A stretch of DNA of 64,000 nucleotides from Rhizophagus irregularis (lineage: Eukaryota): the NCBI RefSeq assembly GCF_026210795.1, contig NC_089432.1, positions 3,720,001 to 3,784,000 of the forward strand, written 5' to 3'. The notes beneath the pieces are model-generated. The model searched no databases, had not been told where the DNA came from, and saw only the letters and a program-made list of their open reading frames with translations. The position numbers were made by a program, and so were the translations under genes. Below are positions 49,807-62,175 of the stretch, in pieces. Position 1 is the stretch's first letter; every line of letters begins with the position of its first letter.

Positions 49807-50964
49807 ATGGGTAGAAATATTGTCGTAATGTGTGATGGAACATGGAATAATCCAAATTCCCAAACAAACGTTTTTACATTATATAAAGAATTAATTGAGA
49901 GAGATTATGAACAACATGTTTTGTATATAGACGGAATTGGAATTGGTGAATTGGCCTGGAATTTTATCGTTGATGGAGCTATGGCTCTAAGTCTTGATAA
50001 TAAAATCAAAGAAGGTTACAGATTTATAGTTGATCATTATCATCCTGATGATGATATATGGCTTTTTGGTTTTAGTCGTGGCGCTTATACTGCGAGATGT
50101 ATTGCTGGAATGTTAAGAAATTGTGGAATATTAAATCGAGAAATCAACCCTGATCAAATTGACAAAAGTGTTGATCTCGCTTATGGTTTTTATCGTGATA
50201 GAGATTTAGCTAAGCACCCGAAAGCAAAAGCTTCTGAAGAATTTAAAAAATCTTTCAGTTATCCTGATTCTAAAAAACCAATTATAAAATTCCTTGGATT
50301 ATGGGATACTGTTGGCGCTCATGGTTTACCCGGTTATGTAATTGGTGATGGTTTTAGATATTTGGAATTCTATGATCAAACTGTACCTAGTATAGTTAAA
50401 AATGCTTGTCAAGCTTTAGCTACTCATGAAAACAATGCTTTCTTTGGACCTTGTCGTATACTTCCGAACAAATCTGGTACTATCGTAAAAGAAACTTGGT
50501 TTCCGGGTGTACATAGTGAAATAGGTGGTGGAGCTTTTTTATCATTTAAAGGTAATGAAAGAATAACTAATGCAACTCTTTTGTGGATGATAGAAAATAT
50601 CGTAGAAGTTGGCGGTTTATTAATGCATGATGATATCGAGACTTATCGTAATCGTTTCTCTCCTGATATTGGACCTTCTTGGAACCTTATGAATTATATA
50701 TTTGATCATATCAGTTCTATTTTTCCAGCCATATTGGTTAAAGATAGAACTATTCCATTAGAATTAGATTCTAGTCAAAAATTTTTAAGAAAAGATCTTC
50801 TTTATAGGGATGGTGATTGGTTGCTTCCATTTGGTGTTAGGTCATATATATATACTCAATATTTTTCGAAAACATATGAAAAACTTCGTAAAGATATGGA
50901 AACGAAGGGAATTAAACTATATGACAATAAAAGATACGATATGGATATCAGTAAAAAAGCATAA
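49807..50964 (+). CDS. DUF2235 / Tle1-like alpha/beta hydrolase (putative phospholipase), intronless, 385 aa
   Basis: Motifs IVVMCDGTWN, YIDGIG, FGFSRGAYTAR (nucleophile GxSxG), FLGLWDTV, WFPGVHSEIGGG give a complete Ser-Asp-His triad; no signal peptide visible. Confidence 0.93.
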   Translation: MGRNIVVMCDGTWNNPNSQTNVFTLYKELIERDYEQHVLYIDGIGIGELAWNFIVDGAMALSLDNKIKEGYRFIVDHYHPDDDIWLFGFSRGAYTARCIAGMLRNCGILNREINPDQIDKSVDLAYGFYRDRDLAKHPKAKASEEFKKSFSYPDSKKPIIKFLGLWDTVGAHGLPGYVIGDGFRYLEFYDQTVPSIVKNACQALATHENNAFFGPCRILPNKSGTIVKETWFPGVHSEIGGGAFLSFKGNERITNATLLWMIENIVEVGGLLMHDDIETYRNRFSPDIGPSWNLMNYIFDHISSIFPAILVKDRTIPLELDSSQKFLRKDLLYRDGDWLLPFGVRSYIYTQYFSKTYEKLRKDMETKGIKLYDNKRYDMDISKKA

Positions 50965-53900
50965 GAGGATACTCGTCCATAATCAAGGAGGATATGATTT
51001 ATTGAACAATTTCATTTAGTTTCAAGTAAATAATTAGATAGATAATGTCACTTTCGAACATTTAATATATAGTTTTTTTTTTAGAGACACTACAAGAACT
51101 AATAATATTTCATTTAAATAACATTTTCACGATCATTTTTTTTTTTAAAAAAAATTTTGTTCTTCACAATTTATAAACAAAGTAAAATAAAATTATTCTT
51201 TTAAAAAAATATATTTTAATTATTTTTTTTTATGTGTATTGTGTATAAAGTAATTATATACTACAAGTTAAACCATGATTATTTATCATTGTTAAAACAA
51301 AGGTAAAAAGAAATCTAATGTAAATTTGGTGTTGCATTTTAACACGTTAACATCGTTTGAATTATTATTAACGGAAGATATGAAAATTGGCATATAATAG
51401 TTTTGTAATAATTAATTTACTGTACTTAAAATTATTTCGAAATATTTTCATATTTAGGTTAATGAAAAATAATTTTTATTTTAAGACGTTCGTAGACCTG
51501 AGAAAAATTAATTTCTTTCGCTATTGCTAGGCAAAAAAAACTAATGATTAACAGGTGACACATTATAGAAATTTTTGGTCATTCGTATTACATACCTGGA
51601 AAATAATGATTTAAATTTTTTATAAGTTAAACCTAAGTCAGTAAAAATTAAGTCATATGACAATTTCAGTTGTCGATAAAAATTCAGCCATGAATTAGCA
51701 ATAACGTTTTATTACTCGTTAAAACATTATATGTAATTAGTTGTGAACAAACGAAAATAAAATTATTAAGAATATATTTTTACATAATTACGAATCTTGA
51801 ATTCTCAATAGCAATATGCCAATATATAACAATTTCATTTTTCCAGCTTTCGAGCCTTTACTTTTTGCGATATGTCCAAGAACTTTGATAATTTTTCTTC
51901 TTCGTCCTTTGAACATTCGTCAGTTGTTACCAAGGTTGTAGCAACGACTGATAAATTTTCCGCTATGTCCCATTACACAATTAATAAAAAAATCTTATTG
52001 TACTGATATTATATATAATTTCGCCACCACACAGATAACATATTATATTTTTTTAACCTAAAATACATTTCATAATAAATGCCTCATATAGAACTTCAAA
52101 TCTTAGGAGAAGCTTTGATTTGTAAGCGCGTTGAATTACTTCGTTAATGAAATCAAGATCTATTTTGGACCTCTTAAGCATTTCTTTTAGCCAAACCTCG
52201 TTCTTATATAGAGATAAAATTATTCTTTATCCGGATTGAACGGATAAACTCAAATCAGATATCTGGATTAGCGGATTCAGACTCTAGATTTTTGTTATTA
52301 AACCGGGTGATCATCTATCGGACAATTTTTTTTTCTAACTGAAATGTCCTGTCGGGAAACTGTCCGTAGTAAGCGAATGAAAAACTATCTAATACTACTA
52401 CGCAAAGTATACTGTACGAATGTCTGGATGCCGTTCAACACGCGGTAGTGTACAATTCGGATTTAATAATAGTCTCGTTTCCTAGTTGTAATGTTGTATT
52501 ACAAATAATTTCGAGTAACATACTGTACCTTACAAAAAAATCATCTCTAAACAAATCCGCTTGATATGGTTAAATTTAGCCATGTTTGCATCATCATGAA
52601 TTGTACTTGTTAATTTTTCTTGTGTGGTAGTCCCATGAAGCACTACTAACGAGGTTAATTAGTCTTAAGGTATAAAAGGATTAACCATATTAAGCAAGTT
52701 TAATGAATTAAGAATTTCCACATCCTTTGATTTCGCAAAATAGTTGTCATAAATTTTGCTTTATACACGTTTGTATATTGGATATGTTATATTTAAAGTC
52801 TTTTTTTAAAAAAAATTTTATTTCATATTTAGATTCTAAAAATGAATAAGAAATTTAACAATCATCTTCAAATACGGATATTTACTAGTATGAAGGCACA
52901 TTCACAATTATCTAATTTATTTACATTAATTTACTTTGTAATTTACTAATATGTTTTCATTTATTTGTTATTATTGAAGATCCAACAATCAATAAATTAG
53001 TTCTTTAGAATATCTGAATTACTATAAAAATCATAATATAATCATTTTTGCTTATTTAAACCTCAATTTGAATGAAAAATTGTTATTTTTTAACGATTAT
53101 TAGAGTATTATATCTCCCATAAGATCATGATACCAATTGTTTTGCTCATATCTGGCATGTTACGTCATTTATTGCTGGAAACAAGATTGATCAATTCATC
53201 ATGATCACGTAAAGCTACCAGGAATATAACCTATAACCGTTATTAGGCACTTCATTTATTTTTTTTTTTATTTTTTATTTTTACTTTAGAAAGGCAGATA
53301 CATTTGTGAGATATCAATCACCGCGCATGTAATATGCAAATCATTTTCATATTAAAAAAAATTCGTGTAACCATATTTGAGTCACTTCATTTTATGATAA
53401 ACCGTCAATTTTAATATGTAACTCCCATACAAATTAAGTAATTTGATAGAACATCATGTGCTTTACTAGTTAATTTTCCATTTTCGCATATACAAGAAGT
53501 TTACGTTAAAAAATGAACTTTTTTTGAGATCCTTTTAAAAGTTTGGACAAATATATAGTTTTAATAGCAAAAATATATGTAATTTTGCAAGAGAAAAAAG
53601 ATTTTCTAAGGGTTTAATGGTAGTTATTCGGGTAGTTTTTGTATAAACACAAAAAAATTGATTTTTTAATAAAAAAAAGAATTTTTACTTCAATAAATTT
53701 TAATGAGAATCCTTTAACTAATAATAAATATTTTATTTTTAGGTGTAACTTTTCAAAAGAAACAGCTTTTATTAAGTTAATAAGGTCGGTCACCCAATAA
53801 GATTTTTGTTTATTATTGAATTTATCAAATTTTCTCTATTTTTTAATATGAAATAATGATAAAATTTTATTTATTATAGGAAAAAAAGAAGGGAAGAGTA

Positions 53901-54719
53901 TTATTAGATTTATTTTTGAATAATATATTTGTTTTAAACAAGTTGTCTTAGTCCCTGACGGGGCGTTCTAAACTGTTCACTGTGAGGCAATTATTCGAAA
54001 TTAGAAACAGGAGTTGTAACTTGTAACTGAATATTTATTGTATGAATAATTCTAATAAATAACTATACATTGTATTAAGATTTAAGAAATGTCAAATTTT
54101 GTATTTATAAAACTAAAATCCAAATGATGATATAATCTATTATTAAAAATATTTAAAAAATCTCTTCATCAAGGTTTAATTTCAATTAATTTTTATAATT
54201 CATCACAAGTCTTAAATTAATATTTACGATTTAAATGTGGCAAGGAATATAGTCAATTATTTCTAATCTCTATCTTTTATTTGTTTGCAAAAAAAATTAA
54301 ATAATAAAAATTTTTCTACCAATAAAAAAAAATTATGATTAAAGTAGTTATATGCCAATCATGGATTACTAATTCTGATAATTCATTTTTTGGTTAGATA
54401 AATTGGAATTATAATAATGTTATAAAAAATAATTTTAATTTTACTTAATTTAGGTAGTTAAATTTATGAAAAAAAAATTTTATTTACGTAAATAATCAAA
54501 AAGTAATATATTATGTTAAATCAAACGGCTATTTCCGGATTACTACTAATTTTTTTTTAAAAGGAAGTTAATTTCTTTTTTTAGTTTAGTAGATCATAAT
54601 AAATCTAAGTACTAAAAAATTATTACTTTACTTAATTCAGTTAGTTTAACTTATGCGAAGTAAAATTGAACTTGATCAATTTTAAATTTATGATGAAAAA
54701 AAAATCTTGGTTCTCAAAC

Positions 54720-55440
54720 AATTATGCCTTTGGTTTTTTAATAAAAAAACCTAGATAATTATATATATATATTTATATTAAAAAAAAATAAAATCTGTTC
54801 TATTGTATTTTTTTTAATTATTTAGATTACTTCAAAAAAAAAAGACCCTTGTAACTGTATCATGTTGATCATTTTAGTATGGAAAAAAGATCTGAACAAT
54901 TGTAATTATATTTATTTAATAAAAAAAATCTTAGATAATTATTTATTATTAATTTTAAGAAAAAAATTCTCATACTATTTAATAAAGAAATAATCTAGTT
55001 TATTGTGTTTTTTTTTAATTGTTTAATTAAATTATTGAAAAAATCTTTCGTAACTGTATGTTGATCATATGACTTCTGACGAATAAAAAAGATCTCAAAT
55101 TAATTATAATTATACCTTTTATTAATTTAATAAAGAAAATCTTATATAGTTTTATATTATTAATTTCAAGAAAAGAATTCTCATATTTAATAAAAAAATA
55201 ATCTATTTTATTGTGTTCTTTTTTAATTGTTTAATTAAAATTATTGAAAAAATCTTTCATAACTGTATATTGATCATTTTAGTATGTCTTTAACGAAAAA
55301 AAAAAAGATCTTATACAATTATAATAATTGACTTTTGTTTTATTTAAATAAATAATACAGTATCTTAGATAAGATTTATCATTAATTTTGCAGATAAAAT
55401 TCTCATATTTGATAAAAAAAAATCTATCACATTGTACTTT
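54720..55440. repeat. Degenerate AT-rich tandem repeat, period about 200-220 bp, about 3.5 units
   Basis: Anchor TAACTGTAT..TTGATCAT at 54852, 55051, 55260; anchor AATTCTCATA near 54965, 55176, 55398. Confidence 0.85.
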
Positions 55441-56086
55441 TTAATTTTTCAAATCAACTATCATAAATTTTTTAATCAATATTTTTATTTTTACTCATTC
55501 TCTTTATTAGTGAAAAAATTTAAATTTGATCTAATGGTTTAGTAAAAGGATTTATATTTGATCGTATAAAATACATGATTATGCCGATCATTCTTCTATA
55601 AGCATTGGATTACAAATTTTTTAAGAGAACTCATACTATCTTTTTTGTTTAGTTAAACTGGAATTGTAAGAATAATATACTATTATTTAATTACCTAATT
55701 TAGTTAATAAAGATTATGTAAATTAATTGAGAAAAGTTCTATGATTATTTTTGGCATAATTGATGGTCATTTTAGCTTAATTTTATGACGAAAAAAATCT
55801 AAGATATTTTTTTAAAAAAAAAATACAATAATAGTAATAAATTACAATTGTTCTTAGTTAACTAACTTATTGAAGATAGTTTAAAATCACTATCCCACAA
55901 TTTTTACAAAAAAGAAAAAATACTATATGGGCGCGTCTTTACTTGGCGGGTACTAGGGGTGGGTCGACAGTATTGAACTGTATGACATGTACATATATAT
56001 ATATATATATATATATTTTAGTGGTGTAACAACAATAGACACGAAAAAGTGGTGATACTAATTTTGAGCATGTGATTTTGTTAATA

Positions 56087-58422
56087 CGGCGCAGTTATGG
56101 CAACTGATCTACATATTTAATGTTTACAAGAGGACTCTATTTTAAAAGATGCTTATTACAATGATTATTTGAATTTACTTATTATTATGGTGTCAAAACT
56201 TGCTGACAACCTAACATCTTGGAAATCACCAAATAAAAAAATCATTTAGTCCTATTAATAAATTAGTTGATGTCAAAAAATTTTAAGAAAAGTGAACTAT
56301 ATCATTAACATAGAAGTGAGAGTTAACACTTGGCCACAGTCAAATGAACCACGTGTCTAACTTTTTTTTATGAATACGCTGGAAACTGTTCGAACTTTTC
56401 TACAATAAGCTTCCCGGAGTGTAATATATAATTCTGTATTTCAGGTACATTCTATATAGATTTTTAATTTATAAGTAAAGCAATTTAAATTTAAATTAAA
56501 ATTAAATATAATATTGAATTATTGCAATTTGTATTTAAAACTAAATAAAATAATTTACAATAGTAAATTACTGTATTAAAAAGTGTTATTAGTATGATCC
56601 TTCCATGTTAATGGTATAATTCACTTTTTTAAAAAAATTTTCAATATCCCCAACTAATTTATGCTTTATATTACCGACTGAAGTAGAAGAAAATACTTTT
56701 TTGGCATTCAAAATAGAATTCCATTATAAAGAAATCAAGTCAACTTTTTCATTTTAAAAAATAATTTTGTATTCTTGGTAATGTAGACGCGAAAAAAAAG
56801 AGCGATTACTCAACTATTTGAAATAAAACATATGGAGAAAATTTTTTTATTTGTTTATTCATATATTTATTTTATTAAAAATTCGCAATTTCATGTATGC
56901 TCTATATTTCATTTTTATAGTGCAAATTTTTAATAAATAACTAGCAGCAACTCGTTGCGTCCCTAAAAAATTTATTTTAGTTGCATTTATTAAATTGCAT
57001 ACTATACGGTTCATTTGGATTTTAAAAAAATGGATAAGTGAAAAACTCCAAAAATCTGAAAATCCGTAAAATTTCGAAGTAGAGATAAAAAAAAAAGTAT
57101 AAATAAAACGGGGGTCAAAATAAATTTCTTTAATCACAGATGATCTGTTAGCAATTAATTATCTATCTAAAGCCAATCAAATTTCTTCCCCATAATCACA
57201 TAATAGTAAATTATTTTATCAAACAAATTCCTAAAATTAAAAGATTGTTATTATTACCATTTTTGTAATCAAAACCTCATGAAGTTTTAATTTTCGTAAG
57301 ACAAAAATTTAATTATTTTCTAATAAAGATACTGGTTTCCCTTTATGCCCTATAAAAAATTTTTATCCGAATATTTCCATTATTTCTCCGTGTCTTCCGT
57401 AAAAATTCCGTGAAAATGATACATTCACGGATATCCGTGTTAGCGAGATGAAAATTTCCATGATTTAAGGCTATAAATTCCATGAAAATGATACATTCAC
57501 GGAAAAAACATGGAAAGATAAAACACGGATCAGATTTTTTACAGGGATGGAAATCTTTTATTAACGGATTTCATATGAATTCAATTAATCATTGTGGAAA
57601 AATTTAACTTTATAGCAATGAAATTATCAAAGTCATCCATTGCACGTAATTTATACTAAGAATATGAATAATATTTGTTTAATTCTTGTATTTTTGAATA
57701 AAGTTATTAATTATTTCATTTATAACAGTTTTTTCATGATTTAACATTTTTTTATATCGCATAATTCCAAATTTTACAATATCTAATATAATTAAATAAT
57801 AATTCATGATTAAATTAGAATTATCTCTTATTTCATCATCTATAAAGTGATTTAGCAACATTTGATAGTGATTTCTTCTTATTTAAGTATCTCACGAATT
57901 CTTCTATAAAATTGGAATGATAATTTCTCAATATTTGAAAAGTTGCCTCTATAAAAAAAAATTTTATCTATTATTTCTAAAAAAAACTCCATAAAAATGA
58001 GCCTTTCCCGGATCCATTCACGGAAAATGTAAATAATTCGATAAATTTCGTGATATAACAAGGTTATTAATTCTAGAAATATGAGCCTTTTACGGAAATA
58101 AAATGGAATATATAAAAAAATGGCTTTTTTAAAGGGTCAACATATCTTGACGTGAAAAGGATCTCTGTGTCAAGATTTGTTGTTTTTTTTTCAAATTGTT
58201 TTCTTACAAATTTAATCTTTTTTGAAATTTTTGGTTGTGATAGTATGTAAGAGAATTATATTTATATTTATAAACATGATACATTTATTAATAAATTACT
58301 TTTTGTAAATCATATCGGGATAATGTCATGTCGGGAAAACTAACATGTCGGTATAATGTCCATTATTGTCCGACATCGGAAAATAATAAATATTTAGTAG
58401 ATCAGTTGCCACAACTGCGCCG
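56087..58422. mobile_element. 2.3-kb non-autonomous Tc1-mariner-type TIR element containing a nested MITE
   Basis: TA|CGGCGCAGTTATGGCAACTGATCTAC ... GTAGATCAGTTGCCACAACTGCGCCG|TA (25/26 inverted match, TA TSD); no transposase ORF recognised. Confidence 0.75.
57348..57546. mobile_element. 199-bp MITE, CCC...GGG termini, 3-bp TSD (CMC/EnSpm-like), copy B
   Basis: Reverse complement of 41163-41361 with 3 substitutions; flanked by ATG...ATG. Confidence 0.9.
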
Positions 58423-58639
58423 TATACTCCATAGTTGAGAAGATTTTCTAGGAGGTATCTGTTTTATAAAAAAATATCGAGTGCAGCAAAATCTTCGTGA
58501 AACAGATTTTCATGCATAAGAATAAACCTTTAAATGTATTAAAATTTCTTTAAAAACGATCTAAATGCTCGGTTTGGATCAATTGGAGCTTCTAAGCAGT
58601 TTTCGAATTAGTATCAGGTTATTCGCTGATCATCTAAAT

Positions 58640-58987
58640 AAAAAAAAAAAAATACGGTATATAATACATTCGGATAAAGTACTAGCTCAAAAACTGCATA
58701 CATCTTTTTTTGGTAAAATAAGTTAGAACACAGTACTTAAAAAGAATAATAGCATCTGTATAGTACGCCTAGAGAATTTAGTGATTATACTATACGATCA
58801 CCTTAATTTAATAATTTTTGCGTTGTAATTGGCTTTTCGGATACCAAGTACCAACGAGATAATATTTATAAAATATTTCACATTTAAAATATTTTTAAAC
58901 GCAAAAAAAGAATTTATTTATTTATTTAATAAATATAAAAAAAAATTTAAAATAAAATAAAATTAAAATTATTATTAATTAATTAAC
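58640..58987. repeat. Local duplication copy 1 (3' flank of the ML gene)
   Basis: Colinear with 61314-61957 once the insertion there is removed (shared ATACATTCGGATAAAG, AGAGAATTTAGTGATTATACTATACGATCAC, AGTACCAACGAGATAATATTTATAAAATATTTCACATTTAAAATATTTTTAAACGC). Confidence 0.9.
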
Positions 58988-59043
58988 TAATTAATTTACT
59001 TATTATTAATTAAAGATTCGTGTAAAATAGGTACATCAAACAC

Positions 59044-59565
59044 TTATAAAAAACTCCAAAAGTCAGGTACAGCAGAAGAATCACTATCAGCACCAAAAAT
59101 AGCAGCTGAACAGGCTAATGCTTCAACATCAGGTGGTGTTCCATGTTCCATTGCAATTATAATAGCGTATGATTTAGGTAAATCTGAAGCGGCTGGTGCA
59201 GTTAATTGCTGCGTTGTAGAAAATGCAGTTCCGGCTTTAATCGGACAAGTAACTCCAGGTAATGTACAAATATCCACAACAAGGGGATCTCCTATGGGTG
59301 CTTCCGCGACAAGATCGATGAATCCAAGACCAAGCAAATCTCCAGCGACAATATCTTTTTTCAATGTTCCTTTAATGTCAAACGTTTCTTCTTTTCCAGG
59401 AACGAAAGGATCAGGTGTCATTTTTACATCGAGTCCTACTACATCTGGTGGCGCATTGGGACATGGTGGAAATTTAGTTTCTCTTTTTACAAGTTCAAGT
59501 GGTGCTGCATTGACCGCAAAAAGCGTAGCAAATAAAACGAATGCCAAAATAAAAATTCGATTCAT
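59044..59565 (-). CDS. Secreted ML-domain (MD-2/NPC2-like) lipid-binding protein, 173 aa
   Basis: Signal peptide, propeptide ending KR, FPPCP, V..TPDPFVPGKEETFDIKGTL, DICTLPGVTCPIKAGTAFS, LACS; four Cys in ML-domain spacing; TATAAAA about 100 bp upstream. Confidence 0.9.
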   Translation of the reverse strand: MNRIFILAFVLFATLFAVNAAPLELVKRETKFPPCPNAPPDVVGLDVKMTPDPFVPGKEETFDIKGTLKKDIVAGDLLGLGFIDLVAEAPIGDPLVVDICTLPGVTCPIKAGTAFSTTQQLTAPAASDLPKSYAIIIAMEHGTPPDVEALACSAAIFGADSDSSAVPDFWSFL

Positions 59566-61313
59566 GATTACTTAAATTTTCTTGTAATTAGATTGTTATT
59601 AAAATAAATGTTTGTTATTATTATTATTTTTTTTTTTTGAATTCGGGATTCAGTTGCTTCTTTTATAAGAAAAAAACAACAACCAAAAGATTTACTTTGT
59701 TTCATCTTTTTCTTTTTCTTCGTATTAATTTTATTAATTTGCAAATCTAGAATTTTAGACGATTATCATCATGCTTATACATCAGAAAATCATACTAAAA
59801 TAAATAATTACGTATTATTACTGCGTTGGATATCAACTAATTTCGTTTTTGTTTAAAAAAAAAAAATTTTTTAGACATCTCTGGTCTTTGTTTCTTAGCG
59901 ACTGTTGTTTATAACATAATAAAAAAGTAATGATGAAATTTCAGCCGTCAGAATTTAAAAAAGGATATGGGGAGTGTAGAAATTTGAGATCACGTGAGGA
60001 ATACAAATTTCAGGGGCTTGTATTAAAAAGGAAATAAATTGTCTATAATAAAAGTAAAATAAAAAAAATAAAAAAGGAAATAAAAAATAGGGGGATAATA
60101 ATGCCATAAGTTTCATTCTAAAATTAATTTTAAAATGAAATTATGTCATTCAAAATAAATCGTAAGGTTTATTCGAATGCATACTAACATAAGAGGCATC
60201 ACCATATGATCCCGAGAGTATCCCGAGGGGGAATAATAGTGCTAAGGTAAACGGGTTATTTGATCATGTTTCTCTTGGAAACTTACACGAGAATCTTTTG
60301 TTTAGACATAAACAGAGTTATAATGGCAAATATTGTCCCATCGCCTTTTCTAAATGTCGAGATTTTCAATGTAACATTCGGCATTCCACATGCCCTTATT
60401 CTCAAACACTGATGATTATAATAAAGAAGTTCCGAATTTCGTTCAAACGTTAGAAAGGGTTAAAAAACTCATACCAGGCGAGAATAAGTTTCGTCTAGAT
60501 AGATTCCAAAAGTTTCGGCCAGGAATGAAGAGTTTAGCAAAATCACATGCCCGAGATTTTTGATGCGGGGAAGATAAATGTGGGTTGGTTATTTAACCAG
60601 GGCAAATTAGCAAAACTCTTAAAAAGGTAACCAATTTCTTTTTTTATACAATATTTATGTAAAAAAAAAAATAAATAAATTTAGAAATTAAATAGTTAAT
60701 CTGCATAATTCTGGAATTTAATCCCGATTTTTGGGTAATTTTTTCAAAATAATGATCGTCCGGAGGTTGCTTTGTCATTATGTCATTTTATCAATATTAA
60801 TATTCATATGAAAACGTGAAAATTATTAATATTAAAATTAATTTTATTTTATGTCAAATAAAATATTAATTAAATATGAACATTATAAATTTAAACTTCA
60901 TAGTAAAATTGCGAGTCTTTCCTGTGGCACATTTATTGTGTATTAATTTGAGCCATCAACAGTGATCAGTAAAATTTTTACCTTTTTAAAAATCAGCTAA
61001 CGTAAAATGATGATCATAATAACAATAATAACAATACTAATAACAAAGCACATGAAATTATTTTTTAAAAAAATTATTTTTAATTATAACAAGAAAAAAA
61101 TTAGGACTATAATTTAGGAGCAAAGTAGTAGTAGAATGGTATCTATTCAATTTCAAATCTTGCTTTCGTGTTTCATATTTATAAAGAAATTTCATTTCTT
61201 TTCATTTTAAATTTATCTATCAGCAGAATAAACCAAATATGTTTAATTGGTTTTTGGACGGAATCTCGAAAAATCATCTGAACGACTGACGCAAGACCGA
61301 CAGATCGGATACC

Positions 61314-61957
61314 AAAAAAAAATACAGTGTATATATAATACATTCGGATAAAGCACTAGTTCAAAAAATGCATATATCTTTTTTAGGTAAAATAAGTAAG
61401 AACACAATACTTAAATGAATAATAACATCTGTATAGTATAGTATAGCGCCTAGCTAGAGAATTTAGTGATTATACTATACGATCACAAAATTATCTTTCT
61501 ATCTAAATTTAATAATTTTTGGTGAAATTGCTTAGCTTTTCGGATACCGAGTACCAACGAGATAATATTTATAAAATATTTCACATTTAAAATATTTTTA
61601 AACGCAAAAAAAGATATAAAAAAAGAGTATTGCTAATCTTAACCGGGAGGATAATTCCTCCCCCCCTAAAAATTTAAAAAAAATAAACTTTTTTATCATG
61701 AAAAATACAATTTAACTATAAAAATCAAAATTATGTACTTTTCTCAAAAACCATCTGAACAACTACCTTTTTTAACTTAATAAAACCTTTTCTTCTCATA
61801 AATTTACATGTAATCTTATTCTTAGATTACTATACAAGTCAATATTTTAATTAAAAATTGAAATAAAGGAGGAAAATTCCCCCAGGTTAAGTTTAGTAAT
61901 TCTCTAAAAAAAAAATTTAAAATAAAATAAAAATAAAATTATTATTAATTAATTAAC
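61314..61957. repeat. Local duplication copy 2, interrupted by a MULE-like MITE
   Basis: Direct-orientation diverged copy of 58640-58987; not followed by an ML coding sequence. Confidence 0.9.
61625..61904. mobile_element. 280-bp Mutator-like MITE, 8-bp TSD
   Basis: TIR GAGTATTGCTAATCTTAACCGGGAGGATAATTCCTCC vs GAGAATTACTAAACTTAACCTGGGGGAATTTTCCTCC; TAAAAAAA on both sides; empty paralogous site at about 58936. Confidence 0.88.
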
Positions 61958-62048
61958 ATTGCTGAAACTTGTGATTTTATGACATCGCCTCCACTATAGT
62001 ATCACGTTGTTATTTTAGTAACGTAACAATGCATTGTACGTTAATACG

Positions 62049-62175
62049 GGTTACGGTACATTTCGCCGAAAGCCATTTCGCCGAAAAATAGGGCCAACAT
62101 TATGCAGAATTATAAATAACTCAGGCCAGAGATTATTTTTCGGCGAAATGGCTTTCGGCGAAATGTTCTGATACC
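62049..62175. mobile_element. 127-bp Mutator-like MITE, 9-bp TSD
   Basis: GG...CC termini, perfect 33-bp inverted repeat ACATTTCGCCGAAAGCCATTTCGCCGAAAAATA, exact TSD GTTAATACG at 62040-62048 and 62176-62184. Confidence 0.92.

Noticed and set aside
49807..50964. Bacterial contamination or type VI secretion locus
   Set aside because: No operon structure, immunity gene or other bacterial genes; flanks and base composition match the host.
56938..56965. Helitron 3' end (short hairpin then CTAG on the minus strand)
   Set aside because: Hairpin is only 5 bp with a 2-nt loop, too close to CTAG, and no 5' end was found.
373..58061. Remaining short 60-105 aa ORFs rich in I/K/F/L/N
   Set aside because: Composition expected from random AT-rich DNA or MITE interiors; no motifs or splice support.
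59294..59575. 93-aa plus-strand ORF
   Set aside because: Antisense shadow of the ML-domain gene.
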